A DNA stretch of 64,000 bases from Octopus vulgaris (GCA_951406725.2 OX597816.1:51770001-51834000), one strand, 5' to 3'. Shown: positions 13,741 to 27,434, numbered from the stretch's first letter. Made by a program: numbers and translations. The notes: a model not told the origin generated them from the letters alone.

Positions 13741-14189
13741 GTACTTTCAATTTCACTCACGTACGAAGAGGTCGTACGTATAGTGCCGACTGTAAAGAAT
13801 AGAAAATTTACTGCCCCTGACATGGATACACAACAGTTCTTCAGACAGTTTCTCAATCGTTACTTGAGTCAATTGTTTACTGTTCAAGTGTCTCTTTCAC
13901 TTTTGGTTCTAATATTATTTTATTACAATCTTTTTTCATATTCAGTTTCGACATTTGTGACAATGCCGTATTATATCGATATATTTACTGATAGATGAAC
14001 TTACCAGTTGAGTTTATATTTAAATAAATTATGTTTATATGTCTAATGATGACGCAATGAACGTTTAAAAATATTTAACAATCGTCCCACTAACGCACCC
14101 TAAAATATACAAGGTATTCTTCCACTGAGCTCATGTTTTGTGCCGTGTTTCCATTGTATATTTGTGGTGCTGCTAATGTCATTGAAGTT

Positions 14190-14500
14190 ACTTACACATC
14201 AGATAATCGTATGACCTATTCTATAGGTGATCAATATCCTACAGAGACACCATTAGTGGAACGTATTGAAAATCTGAGTGGTCTTGGCAGTCATTATCCG
14301 ATGAATTCTTGCGCAGGGTGCTCTTGGGAGGGCAATACTCTTGCACAGCACGATGTCCATATCTTTTCTAATGCAAGTTTTGACCCAGATATTGTCCATT
14401 CCTCCCGAACCTTGCTGCTGCATGCCTGATTCTGAAACTAAATTCTACCTCTATCTCCCTCTCTAGCAATAATGCTGCCCAGGTAGATAAAGATGGTGAT
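14190..14500 (-). mobile_element. Ancient RTE-like LINE RT C-terminal remnant
   Basis: Minus strand translates FIYLGSIIAREG..EVEFSFRIRHAAARFG, matching the F.YLGS..RI..A...F motif. Confidence 0.6.
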
Positions 14501-16574
14501 TTATCACGAAAGGTTTCCTGATTCCCAAGAGGATCTCTCCTTAGTTATTGGTGTTACAATTTGATAGTGACAATTGATGTTCTAAAGATATTATCAGTTC
14601 TTTTTTTTTCATTTTTGAAATAGAATTTATTGCATGTATTGAAAAGTACACCCAGTCGACAGATCGATAATCACGTGATGAAAATCATATAAATGATACA
14701 TAATACAAGCTACAACTTTTAAAAGTAAATATTTCTATAGAAAGTGCAAAATAAGGAAAGATAAAATTGGGTTCTGATTGTCTTCACATGAAACACAAAT
14801 GTTCAGAAGCGAATGACATATATGAGAAGTTTTCTCTGTGATTCACTGAAATGGGTTCTTGTAAATTTTATGGTAAATACCTTTATCAATTTTCCTGTCA
14901 TTTGTATAACATGTGATGCACAGGACATATTTTTCGACGGCCATACAACATGTGTGATATACATTTCTAATTTGTTTCAACCACTAAGGAAAGCTTTATA
15001 TATCTCAAAATGTATGATCAAGAGCTTACTAAAAATTTAAAAACAAAAAAAAACCATGAAACTTATGAAAATCCTTTGGTCAGACAGAGAATTAGTCAGT
15101 ATGATACCCATAATAATCAGGTAAACATGTGTAGGTTCAATTTAAAATCTGTTGTCTTGAGTTAGAGTGAAAAATACGGTAGCTAAAGCCATGAAACTCT
15201 AAGTTATATTTTCTGCGAGACGAGTGACAAGTAGTAAATAAACGTCTTCATCTGCAATAATGTACTTTGTGCGAAATGGAAATACATTTTTATGCATTAT
15301 AGAGTGGTAAATGCCATGCTGTAACCGAAATATTAAACTGTTGAGCAGTTCATAAACCATCATAGAATCTGCTATATTACCGTTTTAAATTTCCATCACA
15401 CTTCTGCTTACGTTATGCCAGCTTTCTTTGTGTAGCATCAAAAGACGTCAATATTCAGTGTGAATATACATGCATGTGTTTGTGTTCACTTGGTGTGTAG
15501 CTGTATACTACTGCTATATTAACATTCAGGCGTTCGCTGCCTGTTGTAATGTCTATAATATGTTCTTGCTGTTAGGCATAATTCCATTTTAAAATATCAA
15601 AGTGATATTTCTGCAAACGGTTACAAAATGAGACGTAGCAACTAAGAAGCTACAACTGCACACATATCGGCCTTTTGCTCATTTTGTCTTGTATAGATGA
15701 AGCAACATTAATATACATAGTTGTGAATATACGATCAACATTATCAATGTCGTTTATATGCCATTCAATATCGTAACGGGCCTGATTTGCGTGAAATAAG
15801 CCGTTTCTATCTCTTCTGGTTTACTTGCGCATAGTTGGCCATTAGATCAGGTATCATTCGATGTTCTATATTCGTATAATTATATATGTATGTATATATG
15901 CATGCATATGTAAATGTGCGTTACTGTGAGTGTGCGTGCATGTGTCAATGTTTATGCATGCATTAGTGTGCCTGCCTATCTGTATACATATCTGTGTGTA
16001 TCTATGCGGTGCGTTTGCTGGTATGTGTTTGTCTGTAATCATTTTTCCACGAAAGTATTTCGTATATTTTGGATCTTAAATGTAGGCAATTTATATAGAT
16101 CTCAATCTTCAATAACCAACCCGGCATCTGTAAATGCTATCCCCACCGTTATAATTCGAGTATTTCAATGCGTTTTTCAAATATTGTGAATATATTTGTT
16201 TCTAAGATTTGCATTTGATTAAGCTTAATCTTAAATATATATATGTCTATATAGGATTACTTCCAAATTTTCAAAAACACAGCATAAAGTATGGTTTACT
16301 GCTTGTTGGCCAATTGTCTTTCACTAAGTAAAGAATAACATTTCAAACATTTCCATACAAACCGACTAGATGAAATTATGTAATTACACGCGATCATACA
16401 CGCACGCACGCTCGCGCACGCGTATTTGCGGATATACTTATACAACCACCTTAATGTGTGTGAGTTTATATATATATATAAAGAGAGAGAGAGAGAGAGA
16501 AAGAGAGAGATATTGATATATAGATATATACTCATATATATATATATACATAGATATATGTGCATTATATATAT

Positions 16575-16740
16575 GTATAGTGAGAATTTACAAAAAAAAA
16601 AGCGAAGACGGGTGTGTAAACAACAAACAGATGTATTAGTTCAACGCTCGGGAAGTAAGAAAGTCTTTTACGTTTCGGGCCTACGCTCTTCGACAGAAAG
16701 GAACGCAGAAATAAACAGGGAGAGAAAATAGAAAATAGAA
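16575..16740 (-). mobile_element. Short Penelope-like element family H2 with variant hammerhead (16665-16700)
   Basis: CUUU-CUGUCGA-A-GAGC(GUAG)GCCC-GAAA-CG-UA-AAAG; homologous to 21522-21672. Confidence 0.7.
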
Positions 16741-16759
16741 AAATATATATATATATATT

Positions 16760-17110
16760 AGTTAAAAGAAGAAAAGAAAATGGAGATAAAGAAATTAACA
16801 ATTATCTACTTTTAACTGGCCCTCTTCGCTTCTTACAGCCGTTTCAATAAATACTCAATAATAATTAAATTATTGAGTAATAATTGAAAAGGCTGTCGGA
16901 AGCGAATATGACCAATTTGTTAGTAATAAATAATTGTTAACTTCCTCATCTCTATTTTTTTACTTCTTTTAAAGTGGACATAAATTATGTGATTAATATA
17001 TACCTATTGTTTTAAGGGAATTTCATTCCCCAACAACACTGGGTTTAGAACCAGTACTTCCTTGAATGCAACCATTGCTTCACGAGATTAACCTATCCTC
17101 AAATCAAATT

Positions 17111-17113
<3 letters not shown>
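16760..17113. mobile_element. Fold-back element (arms ~16760-16862 and 16869-16972) with hammerhead 3' halves
   Basis: Imperfect ~100-bp inverted repeat; GAAACGGCTGTA on minus (16834-16845) and GAAAAGGCTGTC on plus (16886-16897); (TA)n flanks. Confidence 0.65.
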
Positions 17114-17148
<35 letters not shown>

Positions 17149-17496
17149 TATATAAACACACACTTACGCAGAATACATGCAGAATATATGGAGACATTTC
17201 ATTATTTTTTTAAACTGTATATGCAACTTCTTTTTTATTATAAAGAGAATGTTAAGTTCCTTTTGAATTTAAATTTATTTGTGCGTTTAGTTATCATTTT
17301 CAATGTATAATTCATGTTTTTCTTCACAAGCCATATTACATAATCAATGCTTCTAATATTATTTTCTAATTCTTTTTTAATCCTTTTATTCGTATTGTCT
17401 GGTTTACCCTTTAATATTTTAATGGCTAGCGTTAATTATTCCTAATTTCAATTATTATTTCTACGCAAACATTTTGAATCTCTGTTTGACTTAGTA

Positions 17497-18061
17497 TGAG
17501 GGTGAGTCAAAGAGTAATGCCATTTTGTTTAGTACAGGTATAATTACCAACACAGGATCATGTATCACACATCAAAAGTAATCTGGTCCTCTGTAGATCA
17601 CATCCCTACTTCTCGAAATAGTCACTGTTTCTCTTACTAGCAATGTTCCACCTTCGAATGAGAGCATGTATCCCTGCCCCGTAAAATTCTGTTGACTGTT
17701 CTTTGGGCCACTTCACAGCAGTTTTCACTTCCTCGTCACTGGAATAATGTTTGCCTCTCAAACCCTCTTTCATGGGGCCAAATAGATGATAGTCTGAAGG
17801 CGCTATATTATTCCAGTGACGAGGAAGAGAAAACTGCAGTGAAGAAGTGGTTCAAATAACAGTCAACAGAATTTTACAGGGCAGGGATACACGCACTCAT
17901 TCGAATGTGGAACATTGCTATTGAGAGAAACGGTGACTATGTTGAGAAGTAAGGATGTGATCCACAGTGGACCAGCTTCATTTTGATGTATGATACATGT
18001 TCCTGTTTTGGTAATTATACCTGTCCTAAACAAAATGGCATTACCTTTTGACTGGCCCTCG
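17497..18061. mobile_element. Mariner-derived fold-back MITE built from two inverted 3' ends
   Basis: TA flanks; ~250-bp inverted arms; both arms encode the transposase C-terminus (APSDYHLFGPMKEGLRGKHYSSDEEVK; EFYRAGIHALIRMWNIAIERNGDYVEK*). Confidence 0.92.
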
Positions 18062-19602
18062 TAAATTGCCACACTTTCTCAAGTATGAAAATTGTATAGG
18101 CCAAAATAAAATTTAGGTTTCATTTCTTGGAGAAATCTCTCGAGTAATCTGGGAGAATTATTGTTGCAAAGCTAACTTAGTATTTAAAATGTTTAAATGC
18201 ATAAAAAGAGGATAATTTTATAAATAGTCATTAAAGTCACACTTTCTTATAAAGAATTAGTTTAAAACCTTTATTGATGCTACAAAACCACACCTTCAGA
18301 TCGCCCCTTCCTCATCTTGTAACAGATTATAAATATTCCATGGACAAACTACTCTGAATATATTTTTATTTCATATTAGACATCCAATAACGGCCATCAT
18401 CTTCTTACGTCATGGAAAACATGAGTTTCGGAAGAAAAAGGACTTGTTTTAGCTTGTGCAAATGTTGAAATTGTTTCCCATAAAAATGTTTTCTTTTTCG
18501 ATAGCATTACCATGGAGCATGTATAGATAATTCCACCAGGAATCCACTAATGCTCTTTCTAGATTCATTTCTTCATTTGTTTGCCTGGAATTATTCCATA
18601 AGAACTTCACGTTGCTAACCCCTTCGTGCACGTGCACATATCTTTTCCCTATTAAAATCTATCTATATTATCTTAGCGAAACATTATTTGTCATGTTCTT
18701 GTCTCTGTTCTGATTCATGTGTAGAAACTTGCATACCTAATGGAATATCTAATAACATGGCTTGGCAGATATTGAAGCTATAAGCGACATGAAAACGTAA
18801 TAAACCTTCCTACAACCGTGCGTAATAAAAGGCATTTTGCGTATCAATGTAGGAGATATCTTTTAAAAAAAATATAGCATTTTATAAAGGCATATATCTG
18901 AAACAAATCTTCGAATAATACGTTTAGTGGAACCCAGAATAAACAAATTTCACTAATCTAATTAATAACTAAAGAATAACAAAATCATATTCTACAAATA
19001 GTATAAGAGTTATAAAGAAAATATGGATTTGGGATTCATAAGGCCGCACTTTTGCCCAGTTTCTATTGCATATATGTGACTAAGTTGACAGTACTACATC
19101 CCCATATCCGAAGAGACTCTGGTCCATCTCAGGCTGAGTTACAGCTGAATGGACAGCAGCAACATGGAATGGTGAGTTTTAATCAATAAAAAAAATACAA
19201 CGCAAAATCCCGGTCTGGGAAATGAAATCACGACATTACGATCATAAATGTAACGAATGCGTAAATAATGGAGTAAAATTGCAGAAGCGAATAAATTTCT
19301 AAAATTTTCAAAGCACTATTTCATGAAAATAGAAATTATATTATGATAAAGGAAAAAAACAGTACAGGCAAAATTGTATTTTACATATTATAACTAAAAA
19401 GAAGAAAACAGGACTACAAAGTAACATTAAATTTTGATTAGTGTTGCGTACACACAACAAACACACGCACACGCATAGACACAGACACACACATAAACAC
19501 ATGCACACATATATGTATGAGTATATTTATGAGTTAACACATATATGTATGTATATATTTATATACGTATCTGTGTATGCGTGTGTGAAAGTATATATAT
19601 AT

Positions 19603-19640
<38 letters not shown>

Positions 19641-20041
19641 ATATATATATATCGATAGGCAGATAGATAGAGAAATAGATAGACATACAGGCAGACATAC
19701 AGACAGAAAGAGACCCTCTTCAGTTTAGTTACAGAGTAAACATAGATACAAGGGATAAATATTAAAAACAGAAATAGAGAATGATATGCTCTATGGTTCA
19801 GTTACTTTACGATATAAGCTGAGACTTGATTAGTATATTCATTTGACTACAGTTCTATGTGCCTCAAACACTAGAGACCAATCAAGTATCGCGAAAAAAA
19901 TTATACATCCGCTTAAGCATAAACCTCCCTAGTTTATACAGAAATCAAGCAAATCCTAAATGGATTACCTGTCTGTATGCGAATCATGGTTTTTAGCCAT
20001 AAGTCTAGACATACATTCATACACACACACACACACACAAT

Positions 20042-20074
<33 letters not shown>

Positions 20075-20272
20075 GAAAGAGAGAGAGAGGAGGGGAGTAG
20101 GATAGAAAAAGGGATACACAAGAAGTTTATAATTATTATTTCACAGTGTTATGATTGTGGCTTCAGCTGAAATTTAGCTCGAATTAAGCATGTATGTGTA
20201 TCAAAGTATGTATATGTACACGCACACATACACGCATGCACATTCACAGATATCTATATCTATATATCTATC

Positions 20273-20304
<32 letters not shown>

Positions 20305-20885
20305 TGTATGTATGTATGTATGTATGCATGTATGTATGTACACATCCGTGAGTTCCTTCGTGTTTGTGAGCAGCATCTACATGTTTATGTATCATAAAAT
20401 CTATGTACGAGTGTCTGCCTCAGTGTGTCAATATTCGTTTGCTCATGGAAGGGTGTAGTGTGTTTTAAATTAAATTTGTTCCATAGAAGCTAGTAGACTT
20501 CGAATTTGATTGTAAATAGGATGACTGAGTCATTCCTGCTAATGTTTAATTGTTAATCAAATTTGTTCTCTCTGATTCTCTTTTTCTTCGACCGTTTGCA
20601 TATCTCTTTCTATTCCAAGTGCTTAACTGCTTTGTTTCTCCTTTTTCTCTCTACCACTCAGTATTATGGTTTTATTTATATATTTCTCACATACAAGCAA
20701 ACGCACATACGATCCCGCAAACGCAGTCGCATACGCATACTCGGACTTCCATCGATTTATTTCGATACGCCATTCCTTTTATTTTTAAATAAAGATTTCA
20801 ATGACTGCGTAATACAGATTAGACAATATTTCCCCCTCATTTCAAGTGTAATTTAACCTTTCTGTTATATATATATATATATATC

Positions 20886-20931
<46 letters not shown>

Positions 20932-20966
20932 TGTGTGTGTATACGCATAAACTGCATATATATAGT

Positions 20967-21021
<55 letters not shown>

Positions 21022-21484
21022 GTATGCATGTATGTACGTATGCATTATGTTTGTGTGAATGTGTGTATGTATTTGTGTATACGTATGCATGTATGGATGG
21101 ATTTCTTCTTCACTCTTAGCAATGACTTACTAACCTCATTAGATAAATAGCACCAATTAGGTTATATTTTATTGCATATCATTGAAGAATCGTAGCTCTC
21201 CCTTTCAATGAATTTCATTGCTCAATCCTTAAGTCTCCATATTATAGTTTCTGTTGAAAAATATTCGAAGCAAAAATAAATAATACAATAGTTGTAATAC
21301 TGGATAGGAAAGAAAATATTGACTAAAATTAAATATATAACTACAGATGAAGGCTTCAAGACACTATGTATATTTCTGTCGTTCGTCAGAAATATATTTT
21401 GAAAGAACAGGAATGCTTATGCTATAATCTTCTCACGTCCTATTCTAATGAGAAAAAATAGTGATTTATTTATGTTGCTGAAAA

Positions 21485-21521
<37 letters not shown>

Positions 21522-21523
<2 letters not shown>

Positions 21524-21672
21524 TTCTCTCCTTGTTTCTTTCTGTGTTCCTTTCTGTGGAAGATCGTAGGCTCGAAAAATTAAAGACTTTTTTAATTCCC
21601 GAGCGTTATACATCTGTTTGTTTTCTACACCACCTGTCTTCGTCTTTTGTTTTTTTCGTGAATTCTCCCCAT
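21522..21672 (+). mobile_element. H2 copy with degenerate hammerhead (21550-21586)
   Basis: CTTT-CTGTGGA-A-GATC(GTAG)GCTC-GAAA-AATT-AAAG; (TA)n flanks. Confidence 0.7.
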
Positions 21673-21695
21673 ATATATATATATATATATATATC

Positions 21696-21744
<49 letters not shown>

Positions 21745-22514
21745 ATGTATGTATGTATGTATGTATGTATGTATGTATGTATGTATGTGTATGTGCGTAT
21801 GTCTGTCTGTATGTATATATATATATATGTATATATATGTATACAAACACTTATGCGTGTAAATGAGAGTGTGTGTAAGTACATAGACATACTGAGTATA
21901 AGGAAAGATGCTTGGACTATGTTCATATATCACATTGAAAATGAATATTTTATTTACCAATGAAGTCCCAGCTAGATAAGTATTTCGCAAACAACTATCA
22001 GATGAACGAGCAGGCAATTATGTGTCCCATCCCCATTTCATTACCAAAAAGTTGTTGTCTTGTTGCAAGAGATAATTGAATCACACTGTTTCATATGAAA
22101 ATAGGCTTCACCGTTAGTTGCAACTATACATCCAGACTAACTATGATATGCAATTGAAAATATATTCCTTCCTTGTTTTCCGGATTAAAGCTAATTCAAC
22201 TAAGAGAAAGTAGCTATGTTCCTAATGCATGCTTCTATAAAGAAATTCTGTATTCTATCAGAGAACTTAATATGCAAGATGCTGAGTGTAAAAATATAGG
22301 GCATTTGCAATGCAGCTTTCGATCCGATTTTTAGGCTTTCTACACTTTTCGATTATAGACTTCAGTAAGATTGAAATTGTTCAGGTGTAGTAAATACAGG
22401 TGTCACAGTTCTAGAGTCATTGTAGTGGTTTAGCGAAGAGTAAAAATATCTAAATAAGACACAGAAATAGCTGATGGCATTCTTAATGACCGGTTAAAAA
22501 TACACATGGTTATA

Positions 22515-22938
22515 TACTCTTTATACTCTTTTACTCTTTTTACTTGTTTCAGTCATTTGACTGCTGCCATGCTGGAGCACCGCCTTTAGTCGAGCAAATC
22601 GACTCCGGGACTTATTCTTTGTAAGCCCAGTACTTATTCTATCGGTCTCTTTTGCCGAACCGCTAAGTTACGGGGACGAAAACACACCAGCATCGGTTGT
22701 CAAGCAATGCTAGGGGAACAAACACAGACACACAAACATATTCACACACACTTATATATATATATACATATATACGACAGGCTTCTTTCAGTTTCCGTCT
22801 ACCAAATCCACTCACAAGGCATTGGTCGGCCCGGGGCTATAGCAGAAGACACTTGCCCAAGATGCCACGCAGTGGGACTGAACCCGGAACCATGTGGTTG
22901 GTTAGCAAGCTACTTACCAAACAGCCACTCCTGCGCCT
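22515..22938 (-). mobile_element. SINE family A, full-length
   Basis: Near-identical to 43628-44040 and to the reverse complement of 48558-48985. Confidence 0.95.
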
Positions 22939-23063
22939 ATGTATGTATATAGTATGTATATATGTAATATTTTGGTATATCTACGTACTTACACACACTC
23001 TCCTTTATACGCATGTGTCTGTATACACACAAACATACACACACACACACATATATCCTTTAA

Positions 23064-23303
23064 CTAGTTTCATACATTTGACTGTGGCCATGCTGGAGCA
23101 CTGCCTTTAGTCGAGCAAATCCACACCAGGACTTATATTTTGTAAGTTTTATACTTATTCTATCGGTCTCTATTACCGAACCGCTAAGTTACGGGGACGT
23201 AAACACAGCAGCATCGGTTATCAAGCGATGTTGGGGGGACAAACAAAGACACACAAACATATACACACACACATACATACATACATGCATACATATGTAC
23301 ATA

Positions 23304-23348
<45 letters not shown>

Positions 23349-23511
23349 GTATATACGACGGGCTTCTTTCAGTTTCCGGCTGCCAAATCCGCTCACAAGG
23401 CTTTGGTCGGCCCGAGGCTATAGTAGAAAACACTTGCCCAAGGTGCCACGCAGTGGGACTGAACCCGAAACCATGTGGTTCGTAAGCAAGCTACTTACCA
23501 CGCATCCACTC
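23064..23511 (-). mobile_element. SINE family A
   Basis: Colinear with the other copies; expanded internal microsatellite. Confidence 0.92.
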
Positions 23512-24156
23512 ATATATACATGCGCATACACATATATGTATATAAATGGGAGTGTGTGTAAGTACATAGATATACCAAAATATTGCATATATACATACTA
23601 TACATAACCATGTCTATTCGAAACCGGTCATCAAGAGAGAAGGGAGAGAGAGGAGACAGAGACAAGCTTCTTAAGGCGAGGTTTTTCAGCTAATTGCTGT
23701 CAAACTGAAAACACCGTATCACTCTACTTGGTTCGATATTTGCATAGCCACTTGTAAACTTCTTTTATTATTGCCACGTCACAGCTCAAAGATTGCAAGT
23801 GAAATTGATTTGACGGAAACTGCGCAGTACCCCGCCACATCGTCTGTAATTTCAAAGATACATTCCTTATCATTTATAGTGTAATGTTGATTCTACTTGA
23901 AGAACACTAAGCCTACACGTATCTATGGAATGCTTAACTACTTTCCGCGCTAATTCAATGAAGAGGCAACTCTCCTGATCTGACAACTGAATCGTTATTA
24001 TCGAAGTTGACGGAGATTCATTTTCGCATTCAGTTTGCTATAAATATACATGGCGAGTTTACCCCGAGGAAACATTTTCTTAAACTAACGCATGAAACAT
24101 ATTTTGTTATTGAATCGTTTCTGGGTATTTTCAAATAAAGCAATTATTTAAATTAG

Positions 24157-24213
24157 GAAATACGGGGTGACTTAAGCGATATCCAATGTCTATTCATTAC
24201 CTTTATATCAGTG
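24157..24213 (+). CDS. Weak candidate exon (EIRGDLSDIQCLFITFISV)
   Basis: aattag acceptor, GTG|gtaaat donor, phase 0-0; joins 26027 to give a TM-like helix. Confidence 0.2.
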
Positions 24214-25224
24214 GTAAATTCCTTAATATGTATATTAAACTGAATGGAAATGTTTAAGACAACATAGAAATAATACTAAAAAAAAATAAATAAAACAAGT
24301 CAGTTGATATGGGGTAACTCTTCTATAGGCCCTTCAGATGTTTTGTGGGATGAATATTAAGGTCGTTTAACATTATGAGACAATCGATAGCTCAAATTTT
24401 TTAGCACAACCCAAACAAGCTATTAAATATATAAAGGACTTAAGAAAACTTTAACCTTTAACACCCTCTTTATATTTTCCCAATTACTGGAAGTAGACAA
24501 ATATTAATAACGAAGTATTAAATAACATATTAAGAAAACAAACAAAATGCGGAAACAAAAACGACCAAAAAGATCTGTTTATTTTTTCCAACTGAGTATA
24601 AGGAATAAAATCAATATCTGATCAATATTTTCTTATTTAATTTTTATTTATTTATTTATATTTGATAATTGATTCTAACAGCCAACTGGAATTCTGGTAA
24701 AACTTCTAACTTCAACTCCCAATTGATTTCCGTCATTGTTATCTCTCATTTCACGTTCGCATAGTTTTAGTTTTATCTTTTTGCCCTCGTCTTAAGCATT
24801 TGTTTTTTTTTATTGTTTTGTCTTGCTGAGGAAACTATTCTTCTGTTGTAATTCAATATCTGAATAAATGATATAAAGACTCCTATTTTTCATGCAACAA
24901 GAGTCGAAATTTCATGTTTGCATATATAAACAGGCTGGACCGATAAAACTATTCATAAAGTTAGAACGTAAAGCTTAAAATGTTGAGGTGAAATATGAAT
25001 ATCTGGAAAAGTAATGAGAGAATGGAGAAAATGTTGATGACGAAGACACACACACAAAAAAAAAAAAAAAAAACAGAAAAATGTCGAGAACAAAGAAAAG
25101 AAAAAAATATATATAATGAAATAGAGGGAGAAGGTGGAGAAAACAAGGCGTATATAAAGAGAAGGTAAGGGACACGAGGAGAGAGATAACGCATATTAGA
25201 AACCAAATGTATGGGAGAACATAA

Positions 25225-25283
25225 AATGAATAACAACACCAACAGTAAAAACAGCAAAAACAGCATCAACAACAACAAAACTG

Positions 25284-25348
<65 letters not shown>

Positions 25349-25374
25349 CATCAACAACAACAACAACAACATCA

Positions 25375-25422
<48 letters not shown>

Positions 25423-25448
25423 CATCAACAACAACAACAACAACATCA

Positions 25449-25507
<59 letters not shown>

Positions 25508-25540
25508 TAATAATAAAAATAATAATGATAGTGATAATTT
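25225..25540. repeat. (AAT/AAC)n compound microsatellite
   Basis: Direct inspection. Confidence 0.95.
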
Positions 25541-26026
25541 CAACATTTTTGTTTTAATGAGACGGATGAAGGGATATTACAAGAATAGCTAAGAAAATTG
25601 TGGGCGTTTGGATCAAATATGAAAACCAATATTGAAAGCCAATTCATTACAAGAAATTTCGTAATATGACCTTAGTCACTTCGAGTCATTCAAAGAAACC
25701 CTGGCGTAAACTTACTGCCAAATTCCATTGCTCTCTCTAATGGGGTCAATCTCGCAACTGCCAGTTATGCTAAGCATAAACTCGCGCTCTACTCCCATAT
25801 TCTTTTTTTAGTGTGTCTTAAAGAAGATGAACGATTAATTGAAACGAAAAAGCGAATGATTTCAGACCTCAACGCTTAAAAATTGTTCATAAACGGAATT
25901 TATTCGCGGTCTATGCTGGATGCAGAACTTATGCTCCTTTAAATTAAACGTGGCTGGCATAAGTTTATCACATCTTCACACCATTCAGGAATAGTTACTT
26001 ATGGCCTTTCATCATCCATCCCTCAG

Positions 26027-26116
26027 GTGTTAACGGCAGAAGGATTTTTTTTTACGATCAGAAGAATTGAGAACGAAGAAACAACAAACATTTCAGATGA
26101 AACTAGAGCAACTTGA
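26027..26116 (+). CDS. Candidate terminal coding exon (VLTAEGFFFTIRRIENEETTNISDETRAT*)
   Basis: Good acceptor tcatccatccctcag; open to TGA; hydrophobic end, then RR, then a polar tail. Confidence 0.25.
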   Translation: MLTAEGFFFTIRRIENEETTNISDETRAT

Positions 26117-26295
26117 AGTATTTTTGGCTTTAATAAGCCAAAGATGTAATATATAGGGTCTTTTTTCTTTATGATTGTTACACCTCTAATTTCTCTGTAA
26201 CATTCACCAGTTCATGGAAGTATGAATAAATGATGACAAGTATTTCTCAGATCATTTAACGCTGCGGTTGCTGCTGCTGTTGCTGCTACCCTTCT

Positions 26296-26397
<102 letters not shown>

Positions 26398-26461
26398 GAA
26401 GAAGAAGAAGAAGAAGAAGAAGAAGAAGAAGAAGAAGAATGATGATAATAATAATAATATT

Positions 26462-26940
26462 AGTATGGACTTGACAGAAAAAAATTGGTACGACCACAAA
26501 CCTGACGGCATCGCCGAAAATAGAAATGCAAAGATCCTATGGGGTTTTATGACTCAGTGCGACCATGAGATTGAGAATAGGAAGCTAGACATAGTCATAA
26601 CTGAGAAAGAAAAAAGCAAACAATGCTGGATCATAGATATAGCATACCCAGCTAACAACAAGGTATGCGATATGGAAGAAAGAAATGTCGAGAGATATGA
26701 CAGGTTAGCTTGGAAAGTTAAGCAATTGTATTCGATAAAAAAAGGTAGCAGTAGTAACAATAATTGTCGGAGCCCTGGGAACAGTGAGCAAAAATCTCGA
26801 GAAGTACGTGGAACAAATAGGGGCTGCAATAAGGGTGGAGCACTTGAAGAAAACAGCACTGCTTGGAACCGCTAGAATACTCCGGTAGTGAACAGCTGAT
26901 CCTGCAGTACATCTCCAGCGTTAGAAGCTGTGCAAAGGCA
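26462..26940 (+). mobile_element. R4/Dong-type non-LTR retrotransposon 3' end (restriction-like endonuclease)
   Basis: WYDHKPDGIAENRNAKILW..DHEIENRKLDIV..IIDIAYP, frameshift, then IIVGALGTVSKNL..KTALLGTARILR; between (AAT)n tracts. Confidence 0.92.
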
Positions 26941-26943
26941 ATA

Positions 26944-26985
<42 letters not shown>

Positions 26986-26986
26986 A

Positions 26987-27041
<55 letters not shown>

Positions 27042-27063
27042 TAACAATAACAATAACAATAAC

Positions 27064-27119
<56 letters not shown>

Positions 27120-27135
27120 TAATAACAATAATAAC

Positions 27136-27183
<48 letters not shown>
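26941..27183. repeat. (AAT)n microsatellite
   Basis: Direct inspection. Confidence 0.98.
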
Positions 27184-27184
<1 letters not shown>

Positions 27185-27189
27185 CCACC

Positions 27190-27385
27190 ATTGTTACTGC
27201 TCTCGGATGAAATGTGAAGCGGTATTTCGTCCGACTTCACGTTCTCAGTTCATATGCTGCCTAAGTCTAAGTTGCCTTTCATTCTTTCGGAGTCGATAAA
27301 ATAAGTAACAGTTAAGTTCTGGGATCGATGCAATCTACTTATCCTCTCCACCAAAATTTCAGGCCTTGTACCTTTAGTAGAAAGG
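27190..27385 (+). mobile_element. SINE family B, diverged
   Basis: GCCTTTCATTCTTTCGGAGTCGATAAAATAAGTA core; ends at (ATT)n. Confidence 0.8.
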
Positions 27386-27434
27386 ATTATTATTATTATT
27401 ATTATTATTATTATCATTATTATTATTATTATTA

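Larger units (their letters stand above)
22481..23637. mobile_element. Fold-back element interrupted by two SINEs
   Basis: 23540-23637 is the reverse complement of 22481-22515 joined to 22945-23009; right arm has GAAACCGGTC (23620-23629). Confidence 0.7.

Noticed and set aside
13763-13791. Minus-strand 29-nt micro-exon (tttacag...gtgagt)
   Set aside because: Good splice signals but no compatible partner exon, and it conflicts with the plus-strand candidate.
14133-14429. 98-aa plus-strand ORF
   Set aside because: It is the antisense of an RTE-like LINE remnant.
15501-15575. Alternative last exon LYTTAILTFRRSLPVVMSIICSCC*
   Set aside because: The acceptor lies in TG-rich sequence and cannot be distinguished from chance.
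18449-18650. Minus-strand ORF with DSWWNYLY
   Set aside because: Weak acceptor, no recognisable homology, no linked exons.
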